Shown here: piece by piece, positions 9,148-18,617 of the stretch
Layout: the number at the start of each line of letters is the position of its first letter
How positions within the stretch are numbered: the stretch's first letter is position 1
Notes under the pieces: generated by a model
What the model saw: the letters and a program-made list of their open reading frames with translations, nothing else
Databases searched by the model: none
Told to the model about the DNA's origin: nothing
Source: Gemmatimonadota bacterium
Lineage (GTDB): Bacteria; Gemmatimonadota; Gemmatimonadetes; Palauibacterales; Palauibacteraceae
NCBI GenBank assembly: GCA_039714435.1
Contig: JBDLJJ010000003.1
Location: 1 to 59,614, forward strand
Direction: 5' to 3'
Length of the DNA: 59,614 nt
Made by a program: the position numbers and the translations under genes

Positions 9148-10335
9148 ATGTGCCCGACCCTGCTCACCGTGTTTCTGGCCGGCTTCTCGCTTCCGCCCAC
9201 ACCTCACTTGGAGGCGCAGGCTAGCGAGATTCGTGGATACGCTCTCAACGTTGCGGCTGGCACGAACTCGGGCCCCTTCACATCCTCGAACGTATCCGAT
9301 ACGCAGATCATTCGCCTGATGGCCGCTCCGGCCATAGGGCCTGTCGAGCTGGAACTGGCACATGAGCAGTTCTTGTCGTTAACGGTGGGAGAGTCGATGC
9401 CCAGCCGCTCCGATGATTTTGCCACGCCCCGAAGCGGCACTGAGTGGCTCGACCTACAGGGGACGATCGCTTCTTCGGATCGTGCTGTTTGGCGCCACCG
9501 TGTGGACCGCCTCTCCGCTCATTTCGAACTCGGCTCAGCGGCTGACCTAACGGTCGGCCGGCAACCTATCTCATGGGCCACTACCCTGATTCTCACGCCG
9601 GCCGACCCCTTTGTTCCTTTCAACGCCGAAGATCCGTTCCGCGAATACAGGACCGGTGTAGATGCGGCGCGCCTCCGTGTGTTCCCCGGGCCATTCTCCA
9701 GTCTGGATGCAGTCTTACGTGTGGCCAAGGTCGACGGCGAGGATATCGTGACGGGCCTCGCAAGAGCGCACGCGGTTGTGGCCGGCTGGGAAGTCGGGGG
9801 CTGGGCCGGATATGTTCACGAAGAAGCATCTGTGTCGCTTGCTCTGACTCGGACGTTCGCCGGGACTGCGGGCCGGGCCGAGTTCGTGGTCCGAGACCAG
9901 GAGGAATCTATCGTTTCGAGACTTGCGCTGGGCCTGGACAGAAGCTTCTCCGTATTCGGGCGAGACCTCTATGCGGTGCTCGAATACCAACGCGACGAGC
10001 TGGGTGCGGGCGATGCCTCGCAGTTCGCGTCCGTTCTTTCCAGTCGCCCATTCCGGCGCGGAGAACTCATCGTACTGGGGCGTAACACCGCTGCACTTCA
10101 AACCACATACTCGATTCACACGCTCTGGTCCACGACCCTGCTGCTTCTGTCTAACCTGGACGACCCAAGCCTGCTGTTGGCTCCCGGACTTGGCTACTCG
10201 GTTAGTGATGAAATCGTGGCCAGGGGTGGCCTGTTCTTAGGCTTGGGCCGAAACGAGACCTCTGCGGGCACTCCAGGATCAGAGTTCGGGCCGGTACCGA
10301 CCGTGGCATGGATTTCCGCGGCGGTTTTCTTCTGA
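9148..10335 (+). CDS. Putative outer-membrane beta-barrel protein
   Basis: Signal peptide, VGRQPISW and GVDA motifs typical of OMPs in LolA-like/ABC operons, C-terminal Phe. Confidence 0.7.
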   Translation: MCPTLLTVFLAGFSLPPTPHLEAQASEIRGYALNVAAGTNSGPFTSSNVSDTQIIRLMAAPAIGPVELELAHEQFLSLTVGESMPSRSDDFATPRSGTEWLDLQGTIASSDRAVWRHRVDRLSAHFELGSAADLTVGRQPISWATTLILTPADPFVPFNAEDPFREYRTGVDAARLRVFPGPFSSLDAVLRVAKVDGEDIVTGLARAHAVVAGWEVGGWAGYVHEEASVSLALTRTFAGTAGRAEFVVRDQEESIVSRLALGLDRSFSVFGRDLYAVLEYQRDELGAGDASQFASVLSSRPFRRGELIVLGRNTAALQTTYSIHTLWSTTLLLLSNLDDPSLLLAPGLGYSVSDEIVARGGLFLGLGRNETSAGTPGSEFGPVPTVAWISAAVFF

Positions 10336-13097
10336 GTCCCCGCCTGATCCCACCCGATCCCACGGGGGTTCCTCCCCGCAAGCGCGAAGAAAGCCAGGCA
10401 TGGCACGCGTCTGAGCCTGATGCGGCGATCACGTCATTTCACACAGACAGCAAGCTCGGCCTGGACTCCGGCGAGGTCGCTCGCCGGCTGGTCACCCACG
10501 GCCCGAACATCCTTATCAGGGAGCCCAGCGCGCGATGGACTGGTGTCCTCGCGCGTCAGTTCGCCAATGCACTGAATCTAGTCCTTCTCGCTGCTGCTGG
10601 GATCGCCGTCCTGGCTGGCCAGTTGACCGACGCGGTTACGATTCTCGTCATCGTCGTGCTCAACGGCATTCTGGGATTTGTTCAGGAGTGGAAGGCCGAG
10701 CTGGCCGTCGCTGCTCTCCAGCGCATGCTGGCAATGCGCTGCACCGTAGTCAGAGACGGACACGAGACCCGGATCGACGCAGCCGAGGTCGTTCCCGGCG
10801 ATCTCGTGTGTCTCGAGACAGGTGATCGGGTACCCGCAGACATGCGGCTGACCGAACTCCTCGACCTAAGAACGGACGAATCAGCGCTTACGGGTGAATC
10901 CCTCAGCGTCCACAAGCGGATCTCCTCCGTGCCATCCGCGGCGCCGGTGGCTGAACGCGTCTCCATGGCCTGGATGGGAACCACAGTTACGGCCGGCCGC
11001 GGCCGCGGAGTCGCAGTCGCGACTGGCATGCATACCGAGTTCGGACGGATAGCCGAACTCGCTCAGGCCGTGACCCCTGACCGAACTCCCCTGCAGCGCA
11101 AGCTCGGCGTGCTAGCGCGCCAACTCGGAATGGCCTCGGTCGGTGTCGCAGCTTTGGTGGCCGCGCTGGGCTGGGCCCTGGGCCGCCCGCCCATGGAGAT
11201 GCTCCTGACCGGTATTTCCCTGGCTGTGGCCATCGTTCCGGAGGGATTGCCGGCCGTCGTGACGATCACGCTGGCGCTCGGCATCCGATCCATGTCGAGG
11301 CGAAAGGCCCTGCTGAGAAGCCTGCAGGCGGCGGAGGGTCTCGGGGCGGCCACCGTGATCTGCGCCGACAAGACTGGAACACTCACTGAGAACGAGATGA
11401 CCGTACGCCGGATCTGGCTGGCGGCGGGTGAGGTACAGACGACCGGGTCGGGTTACGACCCGGCGGGACACTTCGAGGCCGCTGGGCTGAAAGTCGATTA
11501 TTCGGCTCGGCCCGACCTGCTGGCGGCGCTCGATACGGGGCTCCGCTGCAACCACGCCAGTGTGCATCTGGAGGGTGGCCGTTGGCAGCCGGTGGGTGAA
11601 CCGACGGAAGTGGCTCTGGTGGTGGCGGCCTGCAAGGCATGGCTCGACCGTGATACCCACCCTGGGGCGGTGGCCGAGTTCTCATTCAGCTCGAGCCGCA
11701 AACGCATGTCCGTCATACAACCGGACACCTCAGGCCTCGTGGCACATGTGAAAGGGGCTCCCGAGATCATTCTGGAAAGGTGCTCGCGGATCATGGACGG
11801 CTCTTCGGAGCGCACATTGTCGGCCGCCGACCGCGAGCAGGCTCTAGAAGTGTACTCCGAGATGGCCCGTGCCGGGCTGCGAACGCTGGCGCTGGCCCGA
11901 CGCGATGTAGGAGCATCAACACCGCTCGACCCGACCGAACTCGAGACAGATCTGACCCTGCTGGCCGTCATGGGCATTCTGGATCCGCCCCGACCCGAGG
12001 TTCAAGGGGCCGTCTCGACCGCACGGGCGGCCGGGATTCGGGTGCTCATGATCACCGGAGACGCTCCGGCCACGGCGCTGGCCATCGCCGGACAGATTGG
12101 ACTTCCCGCCTCGGCTGCTATTACGGGAGCGGAGCTGGACGCGTTCGACGACAGCGAACTCGAGACGGCCCTGCAGAGGGACGTTCTGTTCGCACGCACA
12201 ACGCCGGAGCACAAGCTCCGCATCGTGGAGAGTCTGAGAGCGGGCGGCGAGGTCGTCGCCATGACGGGCGATGGGGTCAATGACGCTCCGGCGCTCAAAC
12301 GGGCCGACGTCGGTATCGCCATGGGTATACGCGGGACCGACGTGGCCAAGAGCGCCTCGGACATGGTCATCACGGACGACAACTTCGCGTCCATTATCGG
12401 AGCGGTAGAGGAAGGCCGCCGACAGCTGGACAATATCCGCAAATTCGTTTCCTACCTTCTCTCCTCAAACACCGGTGAGGTGGCCGCCATCCTGCTGAAT
12501 CTGCTTCTCGGAGGACCGCTCATCCTGCTCCCCGTGCAGATTCTGTGGATCAATCTGGTGACCGACGGCATGACGGCGCTGGGCCTCGGAGTCGAACCGG
12601 CTGAGTCGGGACTGATGCGCCGGGCGCCCCTGGATCCGGCGGAGCGCATCCTGGCCCGCCGACACCTGTGGCTGGTTCTCATTCTGGGCGGTTATATCGG
12701 CACGGCCACCTGGTGGATGTTCGATCACTATCTTTCCGTGCACGGCGCCGGTGCTGTAGCCGGCGCCAACACAGTCGCTTTCACCGGGCTCATCATCATC
12801 GAGAAGGCGAACGTTCTCAATTTCAGGGCCTTTGGGGGACCGCTGCGCAGCATCGGGTTCTTCTCCAACCGCTGGATACTGCTCGCCCTGCTCGTCACGG
12901 TAGCGCTCCAGGTGTGCGCCGTGTACGTGCCCTTCCTTCAGCGAGCCCTGCACACGGTGCCGCTGCGCGGAACCGATTGGTTGCTGATGGCGGCAGTCGC
13001 GGCGCCCATCTTCATCATACCTGAATTCCTGAAGTGGATTCTGTGGCGGCGAGACCAGAAAAGCGTGGTCAACCCGTCTCAGTCCGCGGCGGCCTGA
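10308..13097 (+). CDS. Cation-transporting P-type ATPase (P2A/CtpF-like)
   Basis: TGES, IVPEGLP, DKTGTLT, KGAPE, MITGD, GDGVNDAPAL, ILWINLVTDG. Start is uncertain. Confidence 0.95.
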   Translation: MDFRGGFLLSPRLIPPDPTGVPPRKREESQAWHASEPDAAITSFHTDSKLGLDSGEVARRLVTHGPNILIREPSARWTGVLARQFANALNLVLLAAAGIAVLAGQLTDAVTILVIVVLNGILGFVQEWKAELAVAALQRMLAMRCTVVRDGHETRIDAAEVVPGDLVCLETGDRVPADMRLTELLDLRTDESALTGESLSVHKRISSVPSAAPVAERVSMAWMGTTVTAGRGRGVAVATGMHTEFGRIAELAQAVTPDRTPLQRKLGVLARQLGMASVGVAALVAALGWALGRPPMEMLLTGISLAVAIVPEGLPAVVTITLALGIRSMSRRKALLRSLQAAEGLGAATVICADKTGTLTENEMTVRRIWLAAGEVQTTGSGYDPAGHFEAAGLKVDYSARPDLLAALDTGLRCNHASVHLEGGRWQPVGEPTEVALVVAACKAWLDRDTHPGAVAEFSFSSSRKRMSVIQPDTSGLVAHVKGAPEIILERCSRIMDGSSERTLSAADREQALEVYSEMARAGLRTLALARRDVGASTPLDPTELETDLTLLAVMGILDPPRPEVQGAVSTARAAGIRVLMITGDAPATALAIAGQIGLPASAAITGAELDAFDDSELETALQRDVLFARTTPEHKLRIVESLRAGGEVVAMTGDGVNDAPALKRADVGIAMGIRGTDVAKSASDMVITDDNFASIIGAVEEGRRQLDNIRKFVSYLLSSNTGEVAAILLNLLLGGPLILLPVQILWINLVTDGMTALGLGVEPAESGLMRRAPLDPAERILARRHLWLVLILGGYIGTATWWMFDHYLSVHGAGAVAGANTVAFTGLIIIEKANVLNFRAFGGPLRSIGFFSNRWILLALLVTVALQVCAVYVPFLQRALHTVPLRGTDWLLMAAVAAPIFIIPEFLKWILWRRDQKSVVNPSQSAAA

Positions 13098-13114
13098 CGG
13101 GACAATCTGTCCCG
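13098..13114. promoter_or_regulatory. Palindromic operator/UAS (C)GGGAC-N5-GTCCC(G)
   Basis: CGGGACAATCTGTCCCG, about 100 bp upstream of a -24/-12 motif. Confidence 0.65.
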
Positions 13115-13214
13115 GCGATCAAGCGCTATCACAGCACGCTTCTCTCCCGCCTGCGTAGCGCCCTATCGGCTAACCACTTGTGAAGCTGATTCCGGGCGCC
13201 ACTCAAGAGATATC

Positions 13215-13230
13215 AGGCACGACCAGTGCT
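13215..13230 (+). promoter_or_regulatory. Putative sigma54 promoter
   Basis: AGGCACGACCAGTGCT (GG-N10-GC), 40 bp before the ATG and its GGAGG ribosome binding site. Confidence 0.7.
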
Positions 13231-13270
13231 CTAGTTTGAGAGCAAGACCACCGAACTGAGGGAGGGTCCA

Positions 13271-13948
13271 ATGCTTAGCACTCGGGAAAGCACAGCTGCC
13301 AGAACAGGGAATATCGTGAAGGTGAATGCCGGAGACGTCATACTAGAGGGATACCTCGAAACTCCGCCCGAGCCCGTAGGCATCGTGGTGTTCGCGCACG
13401 GCAGCGGAAGCAGCCGACACAGTCCTCGAAACCGGCACGTAGCATCGATATTGAACCGGGGCGGATTGGGAACGCTTCTGTTCGACCTGCTGACTGTTCA
13501 GGAAGAACTTATTGATGTTCGTACTCGCGAACTGCGTTTCGACATCCCGTTGCTCGCATCCCGGGTGACGGCTGCCATAGATTGGATTGGCACACGCCCC
13601 GACACCGAGCAGCTAAAGGTAGGGACATTCGGAGCCAGCACCGGAGCCGCGGCTGCTCTAATCGCCGCCGCCAACCGGCCGTCCAGGGTCGGTGCTGTCG
13701 TGTCCCGGGGAGGACGGGTGGACCTGGCTGGCGAATCGCTGCGCCATGTTCGCGCACCGACGCTCTGCATAGTCGGGGAACTGGATACCGAGGTACTGGC
13801 GCTGAACCGGAGAGCTCTAATGGATATCGTCGGCAAGAAGCGGCTGGAGGTTATCGGCGGCGCCACTCATCTGTTCGAGGAACCGGGTACGTTGATCCGA
13901 GCGGCCGAGTTCGCCCGGGACTGGTTTCTTGAACACCTCGGTTCATAG
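13271..13948 (+). CDS. Dienelactone hydrolase-like alpha/beta hydrolase (type often fused to phosphoribosyltransferase)
   Basis: FAHGSGSSRHSPRN, FGASTGAAAAL, VVSRGGR.DLA, GATHLFEEPG. Confidence 0.9.
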   Translation: MLSTRESTAARTGNIVKVNAGDVILEGYLETPPEPVGIVVFAHGSGSSRHSPRNRHVASILNRGGLGTLLFDLLTVQEELIDVRTRELRFDIPLLASRVTAAIDWIGTRPDTEQLKVGTFGASTGAAAALIAAANRPSRVGAVVSRGGRVDLAGESLRHVRAPTLCIVGELDTEVLALNRRALMDIVGKKRLEVIGGATHLFEEPGTLIRAAEFARDWFLEHLGS

Positions 13949-13955
13949 CTAAAGG

Positions 13956-14774
13956 ATGGAATCGATCGGGTCGCTGTTCTGGCTCTTAATCATCCTGATC
14001 TCGCTCCAGCCCGCGCTAAGGCGGAAAGTCCGCCAGTGGGAGCGCCTCAAGGTAATTGGCCGCCTGGAAGAGAAGCGCAACTCCCGCTTGATCGTTCTCA
14101 TCCACCACCAGGAGACCCTCGCCCTGCTCGGATTTCCGTTCTTCCGCTACATCGACATCAACGATTCCGAGCAGGTGATTCGCGCCATCCGCTTGACTGA
14201 CGACGCAATACCGATCGAGATCATCCTGCACACTCCCGGTGGGCTGGTCCTCCCTTCCCTTCAGATCGCGCAGGCCCTTGAACGTCACCCGGCGAAAACG
14301 CGGGCCATCGTTCCGCACCACGCGATGAGCGGGGGCACTCTCATCGCTCTCGCGGCGGACGAAATCGTAATGGCCGACGACGCGGTCCTCGGGCCGGTGG
14401 ATCCACAGGTGGGCCGATATCCGGCCGTTTCGGTGCTTAGGGTGCTGCACCAGAAACCGCCAGAACGAATCGACGATGAGACCTATATTCTGGCCGACCA
14501 GGCCGAGAAAGCGCTGTCTCAAACCAGGTCGGAAATCGAGGAACTGTTGAGCAAGAAGATGGACCTCGAGGCCGCTAAGGAGACGGCGGCGGCGCTGTCC
14601 GAAGGGAACTGGACCCACGATCATCCGATAAGTCCTGCGGATGCGAAAGCCCTCGGGCTTCCCGTCACGACGGACTTTCCGACTGAGTTTTTCGACTTGA
14701 TGGACATGTACCCGCAGCCCGTTCGCAGAGTCAGTTCCGTCGAGTACTCCCCAGGGCCGCGATCTACCGAGTAG
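13956..14774 (+). CDS. SDH-family ClpP-fold serine protease (membrane anchored)
   Basis: N-terminal TM, ILHTPGG, AMSGGTLIALAADEI, LGPVDPQ, WTHDHPI. Confidence 0.88.
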   Translation: MESIGSLFWLLIILISLQPALRRKVRQWERLKVIGRLEEKRNSRLIVLIHHQETLALLGFPFFRYIDINDSEQVIRAIRLTDDAIPIEIILHTPGGLVLPSLQIAQALERHPAKTRAIVPHHAMSGGTLIALAADEIVMADDAVLGPVDPQVGRYPAVSVLRVLHQKPPERIDDETYILADQAEKALSQTRSEIEELLSKKMDLEAAKETAAALSEGNWTHDHPISPADAKALGLPVTTDFPTEFFDLMDMYPQPVRRVSSVEYSPGPRSTE

Positions 14775-14798
14775 GCGGCCCCGGGCTCAGGTCCAGGC

Positions 14799-15233
14799 TC
14801 AGGTCTTGGGACTCACTTCCTTCATGAGCAGGATGGGACACTGCGCCAGGATTGCTACCTTATAGCTGAGCGTGGCCCAGCCAGACCCGGGATTATCCAG
14901 ATCGACCTTATGTGAATGCAGGACGATGAGATCGGCTTCGTCTCGCTCCGCCGTCTCGACTACCATCTCGGCCCGCTTCCCGTATACGATCTTCTGGCGG
15001 AAGGGAACGTCGGCCTCCCGTAGAGGGGCCGTCATCCGGTCCATCTCCTCGGCGCTCTCCAGCTCCAATCGCTCGTAGAAGTCCCGGAACTCCTCGAACG
15101 GGGCGTCGAGCAACTCGATCACATGCAGAACCGTCAGCCGGCCAGCGGACTGCTGCGCGAGCTCGCGGGCAGCGCTGATTGCCTGAGCATTCTTGTTGGT
15201 GAGATCGACCGGAACGAGAATGTGTTTGAACAT
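14799..15233 (-). CDS. Universal stress protein (single domain)
   Basis: MFKHILVPVD..., DLIVL.SH, CPILL. Confidence 0.9.
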   Translation of the reverse strand: MFKHILVPVDLTNKNAQAISAARELAQQSAGRLTVLHVIELLDAPFEEFRDFYERLELESAEEMDRMTAPLREADVPFRQKIVYGKRAEMVVETAERDEADLIVLHSHKVDLDNPGSGWATLSYKVAILAQCPILLMKEVSPKT

Positions 15234-15247
15234 TAGACCTCCGATGG

Positions 15248-16705
15248 TCAGCCTTTGAGAACACCCAACGGATGCAGCCGGGCGACCTTTCGGCCGATCC
15301 CGGCCTTATGGACCACCTCCACCACATCGGCCACATCCTTGTATGCCTCGGGGATTTCCTCCGCCAAGGTCGCGAAAGAGGTGGCTCGCACCTCGATGCC
15401 CATGTCGCGAAACTCCTGACGCAGGTTCCGGTCGCGGGTGGACTTCTTGGCTGCTCGCCGGCTCATGCGCCGTCCGGCTCCGTGACAGGCCGAACCGTAG
15501 GTTTCCTGGAACGCGGCCTCGGTGCCCACCAGGACGAACGAATAGCGAGCCATGTCTCCCGGTATCATGACTGGTTGCCCTATGTCCCGGTAGACCTCCG
15601 GAAGCTCCGCGTGACCGGGAGGGAAAGCCCGCGTGGCCCCTTTACGGTGCACGCACAGGCGCTTCGCTTTCCCGTCCACATCATGCGTTTCCCACTTGGC
15701 GTTGTTGTGAGCCACATCGTAGACGAGATCAATCCCGAGATCAGTCCACGCCTGCCCCAGAACACGGGCAAACGCTTCCCTTACCCGGTACGTCATCACC
15801 TGGCGATTGGCGAAGGCGAAATTGGCGGCCGCGGCCATAGCCGCCAGATACCGGCTGGCTTGGGGCGAAGTCAGGGGCGCACAGGCGAGCTGCGGGTCGG
15901 GCAGATCGATGCCGTACTCCCGGCTGGCGTCCAGCATGACATCGAGGAAATCCGTGCACACCTGGTGGCCCAGACCGCGCGATCCGGAATGTATCAGCAC
16001 GGTGACGGTGTCCATCTCGAGTCCGAGCCGGCCGGCCACTTTCTCATCGAATATCTGGTCCACGTATCCGAGTTCGATGAAGTGGTTCCCCGACCCGACT
16101 GTGCCCAATTGCTTTCTGCCCCGGCGCAGAGCGCGCGCACTCACCTCCGCTGGATCCGCTCCCGCAAGCACCCCACCGCTCTCGATACGATCTAGATCCT
16201 CGGCCGCGCCAAACCCTTGGCGCACGGCCCAGGCAGCTCCTTCCACGAGCACAGCCCGCTCTTGATCAGTGGTCAGTTCGAACGACTCGTACCCCGCGCC
16301 GACACCGGCGGGCACGTCTCGCATGATCTGGTTCATGAGTCGGGCGGCGTGAGGCCGGACATCCGATACCGCCAGATCCGTGCGCAGCAGGCGCACGCCG
16401 CAGTTGATGTCGTATCCGACACCGCCCGGACTGATCACTCCTCCCTGCTCCGGGTCGAAAGCGGCCACACCACCAATGGCGAAGCCGTAGCCCCAGTGGA
16501 TGTCAGGCATACCGATCGATCGGCCTACGATTCCCGGCAGGCAGGCCACGTTAGCTACCTGCTCCAGCGCCTGGTCGCCCCGGATGTCTTCCATCAAGGT
16601 CTCGTCGGCGTAAATCAAACCGTCGACCCGCATGCAGCCCTGTCTGGGGATCAGCCAGCGGTAGTCGTCCAGCTTCCGCAGTGTAAGTTCGGTCGCCGTA
16701 GTCAT
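15248..16705 (-). CDS. rtcB: RtcB family RNA ligase (long, archaeal-type)
   Basis: MPDIHWGYGF, GYDINCG, GSGNHF.E, HSGSRG, HN, HRKGATRA, HGAGR, EE.PEAYK, C-terminal KG. Confidence 0.96.
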   Translation of the reverse strand: MTTATELTLRKLDDYRWLIPRQGCMRVDGLIYADETLMEDIRGDQALEQVANVACLPGIVGRSIGMPDIHWGYGFAIGGVAAFDPEQGGVISPGGVGYDINCGVRLLRTDLAVSDVRPHAARLMNQIMRDVPAGVGAGYESFELTTDQERAVLVEGAAWAVRQGFGAAEDLDRIESGGVLAGADPAEVSARALRRGRKQLGTVGSGNHFIELGYVDQIFDEKVAGRLGLEMDTVTVLIHSGSRGLGHQVCTDFLDVMLDASREYGIDLPDPQLACAPLTSPQASRYLAAMAAAANFAFANRQVMTYRVREAFARVLGQAWTDLGIDLVYDVAHNNAKWETHDVDGKAKRLCVHRKGATRAFPPGHAELPEVYRDIGQPVMIPGDMARYSFVLVGTEAAFQETYGSACHGAGRRMSRRAAKKSTRDRNLRQEFRDMGIEVRATSFATLAEEIPEAYKDVADVVEVVHKAGIGRKVARLHPLGVLKG

Positions 16706-17181
16706 ACGTCAAAGATCACTTTCGCCTCCCAGGCTTCCCCGGTTCGGCTTACGTTCAGCCCGTGGTAGGTGACCCCTTTCACCTCGCGTACAGGGTCGTG
16801 GCCGGCAGGGCCGAAGCCTACTCGGGCTCGCAGGTTGGTTTCGGTGAGCGCATCGAAGGCAATCCACAGCGGAGCCACTCTTTCGGTCTCAGCCTCATAC
16901 AGAAGCTCCTCCAGCCACCGCCGTAACAAGCGATCCGGTCCGTCCGCCGTGAGGGCCATCGTACGCACGAGAGAGTCTCCCCGAAGTACCGAGTCAGTCT
17001 CGATCAGGCCAGTCGCCAGGACCGGATCATCCCATACGACAGCTACCATTCCGGCAGCCGCGCGCCGGAACAGATCAGGCAGCCGGGATGCGTGGACGCT
17101 GAGCCCGATATCCGCCGTGTGGTCCAACTCCCGTACCCCGGGAATGACCTGGTCCTGTTTTAAAACCCTGGCCTCGTTCAT
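16702..17181 (-). CDS. Archease
   Basis: N-terminal LDHTADIG, C-terminal EVKGVTYH...IFDV. ATGA overlap with rtcB. Confidence 0.93.
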   Translation of the reverse strand: MNEARVLKQDQVIPGVRELDHTADIGLSVHASRLPDLFRRAAAGMVAVVWDDPVLATGLIETDSVLRGDSLVRTMALTADGPDRLLRRWLEELLYEAETERVAPLWIAFDALTETNLRARVGFGPAGHDPVREVKGVTYHGLNVSRTGEAWEAKVIFDV

Positions 17182-17212
17182 GGTGCGGTCCGTTCAGTCT
17201 ACATTTGGTTAC

Positions 17213-17228
17213 TGCGGATTCCGTGCCT
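17213..17228 (-). promoter_or_regulatory. Putative sigma54 promoter of archease-rtcB-usp
   Basis: Minus strand AGGCACGGAATCCGCA (GG-N10-GC). Confidence 0.65.
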
Positions 17229-17289
17229 CATCTAGGGGGCCCGCTATCCCGTGAGTGCTTGCCCTTTTTTCGCTTCCAGTCTAGCGGCG

Positions 17290-17343
17290 CATGGGACAAA
17301 ACGGCACCGTGAGCGGATCCGCAAACGGTCAGAATGTCCCATG
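17290..17343. promoter_or_regulatory. Pair of GGGAC-N5-GTCCC-like UAS sites between divergent promoters
   Basis: GGGACAAAACGGCAC (17293-17307) and CGGTCAGAATGTCCC (17326-17340). The outer halves form the inverted repeat CATGGGACA...TGTCCCATG. Confidence 0.6.
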
Positions 17344-17416
17344 ACGGTGCGGGCTACGGAAGAGCGGGAGCCCTCATTCGTCTACCCTGCCGTTGCTTAG
17401 CCTACTCTCTGCACAC

Positions 17417-17432
17417 CGGCCTGAATGTAGCT
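17417..17432 (+). promoter_or_regulatory. Putative sigma54 promoter (weaker match)
   Basis: CGGCCTGAATGTAGCT (GG-N10-GC), 31 bp before the PRT start. Confidence 0.45.
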
Positions 17433-17463
17433 CTCTGTAAGGCTGGAAAAGGAGTAAACTCAG

Positions 17464-18141
17464 ATGCCGACTTTTCCGCGCCAAAAGTTTCGGGACCGGG
17501 TTCACGCTGGCCGCTTACTGGCGGACGAGCTTGCCCGTGAGCCTGATTTGGAAAACGCGATCGTGCTTGGCCTTCCGCGGGGAGGCGTACCCATAGCGGC
17601 CGAAGTAGCGCTCCTGCTCGGACTCCCTCTCGATGTCCTTAATGTCCGCAAGCTGCCGCATCCATGGCAGCCCGAGTTGGCGATCGGAGCTATAGCCAGC
17701 GGCGGAGCGGTCGTGCTCAATCCGGAGGTCGTACAGACGCTGGACCGTCCTGAGAGCACGATTGAAGAGGCCATCGCGACACAGCGAGTTGAACTGGACC
17801 GCCGTGAAAAGCTCTACCGTGGAAAGCGGCCCATGCCCTCGCTCGCGGGCCGAACGGTCATTCTCGTCGATGATGGAGTTGCCACGGGGGCCACTGTCCT
17901 GTCGGCGATCGAGGCGGTGCGCCAGCACTTGGCTAAGCAGGTATTGGTAGCAGTCCCTGTGGCGCCTTTGGAGGTCTATGCCAAGCTGGAGGAGAAAGCG
18001 GATCACTGTGTATGCTTGCTGCGGCCCGATCAGTTCACGGCAGTCAGCGTCTGGTATGATGATTTCTCTGAAGTCCAAGATGCGCAGGTGCGTCGTCTTC
18101 TGGACCAATCCGCGAAGCGCTTTCACGAACACTCAGCCTGA
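17464..18141 (+). CDS. Putative phosphoribosyltransferase (Rv0571c/Rv2030c N-terminal type)
   Basis: FRDR..AGR.LA, LGLPRGGVP, PELAIGAIA, PRPP loop ILVDDGVATGAT, AVPVAP. Confidence 0.92.
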   Translation: MPTFPRQKFRDRVHAGRLLADELAREPDLENAIVLGLPRGGVPIAAEVALLLGLPLDVLNVRKLPHPWQPELAIGAIASGGAVVLNPEVVQTLDRPESTIEEAIATQRVELDRREKLYRGKRPMPSLAGRTVILVDDGVATGATVLSAIEAVRQHLAKQVLVAVPVAPLEVYAKLEEKADHCVCLLRPDQFTAVSVWYDDFSEVQDAQVRRLLDQSAKRFHEHSA

Positions 18142-18159
18142 CAAGGGGAGGATACAACC

Positions 18160-18594
18160 ATGACAGTAAGCAGGATTTGCAATCGGTCCGCGGTCGTGAC
18201 CAACGGTGATGAAACGATTCTCGTTGCGGCCAAACGAATGGCCCGACTCTCGGTGGGTACGCTCATAGTCACCGATCGGGAAAGTGGTAATCATCCGATC
18301 GGCATCGTTACCGATCGAGATGTCGTAGTTCGGTGCGTGGCGGAGCAACTGGACCCCGCGATCACGCCGGTGTCGGCAGTCATGACCGTACCGGTGAAAA
18401 CAGTCCGTGAAGACACGCCCATCGAGACTGCCCTCACGTCCATGGCGTCAGCCGGTACCAGAAGGCTCGCCGTGACGAACGAGGACGACGAACTGGTGGG
18501 CGTCCTGGCCCTCGACGATGTGATCGAGCTTCTGGTCGAAGAGGCCGAGACCATCGGCCGGCTGCTCACCAAGCAGCCCCCGGTCTGGGCCTGA
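18160..18594 (+). CDS. CBS domain-containing protein (Hrp1/Rv2626c-like)
   Basis: AAKRM...VGTLIV...GIVTDRDVV...VMT...RRLAV...GVLALDD. Confidence 0.92.
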   Translation: MTVSRICNRSAVVTNGDETILVAAKRMARLSVGTLIVTDRESGNHPIGIVTDRDVVVRCVAEQLDPAITPVSAVMTVPVKTVREDTPIETALTSMASAGTRRLAVTNEDDELVGVLALDDVIELLVEEAETIGRLLTKQPPVWA

Positions 18595-18617
18595 CGCTTC
18601 AGACAGTAGGCGCCGCT

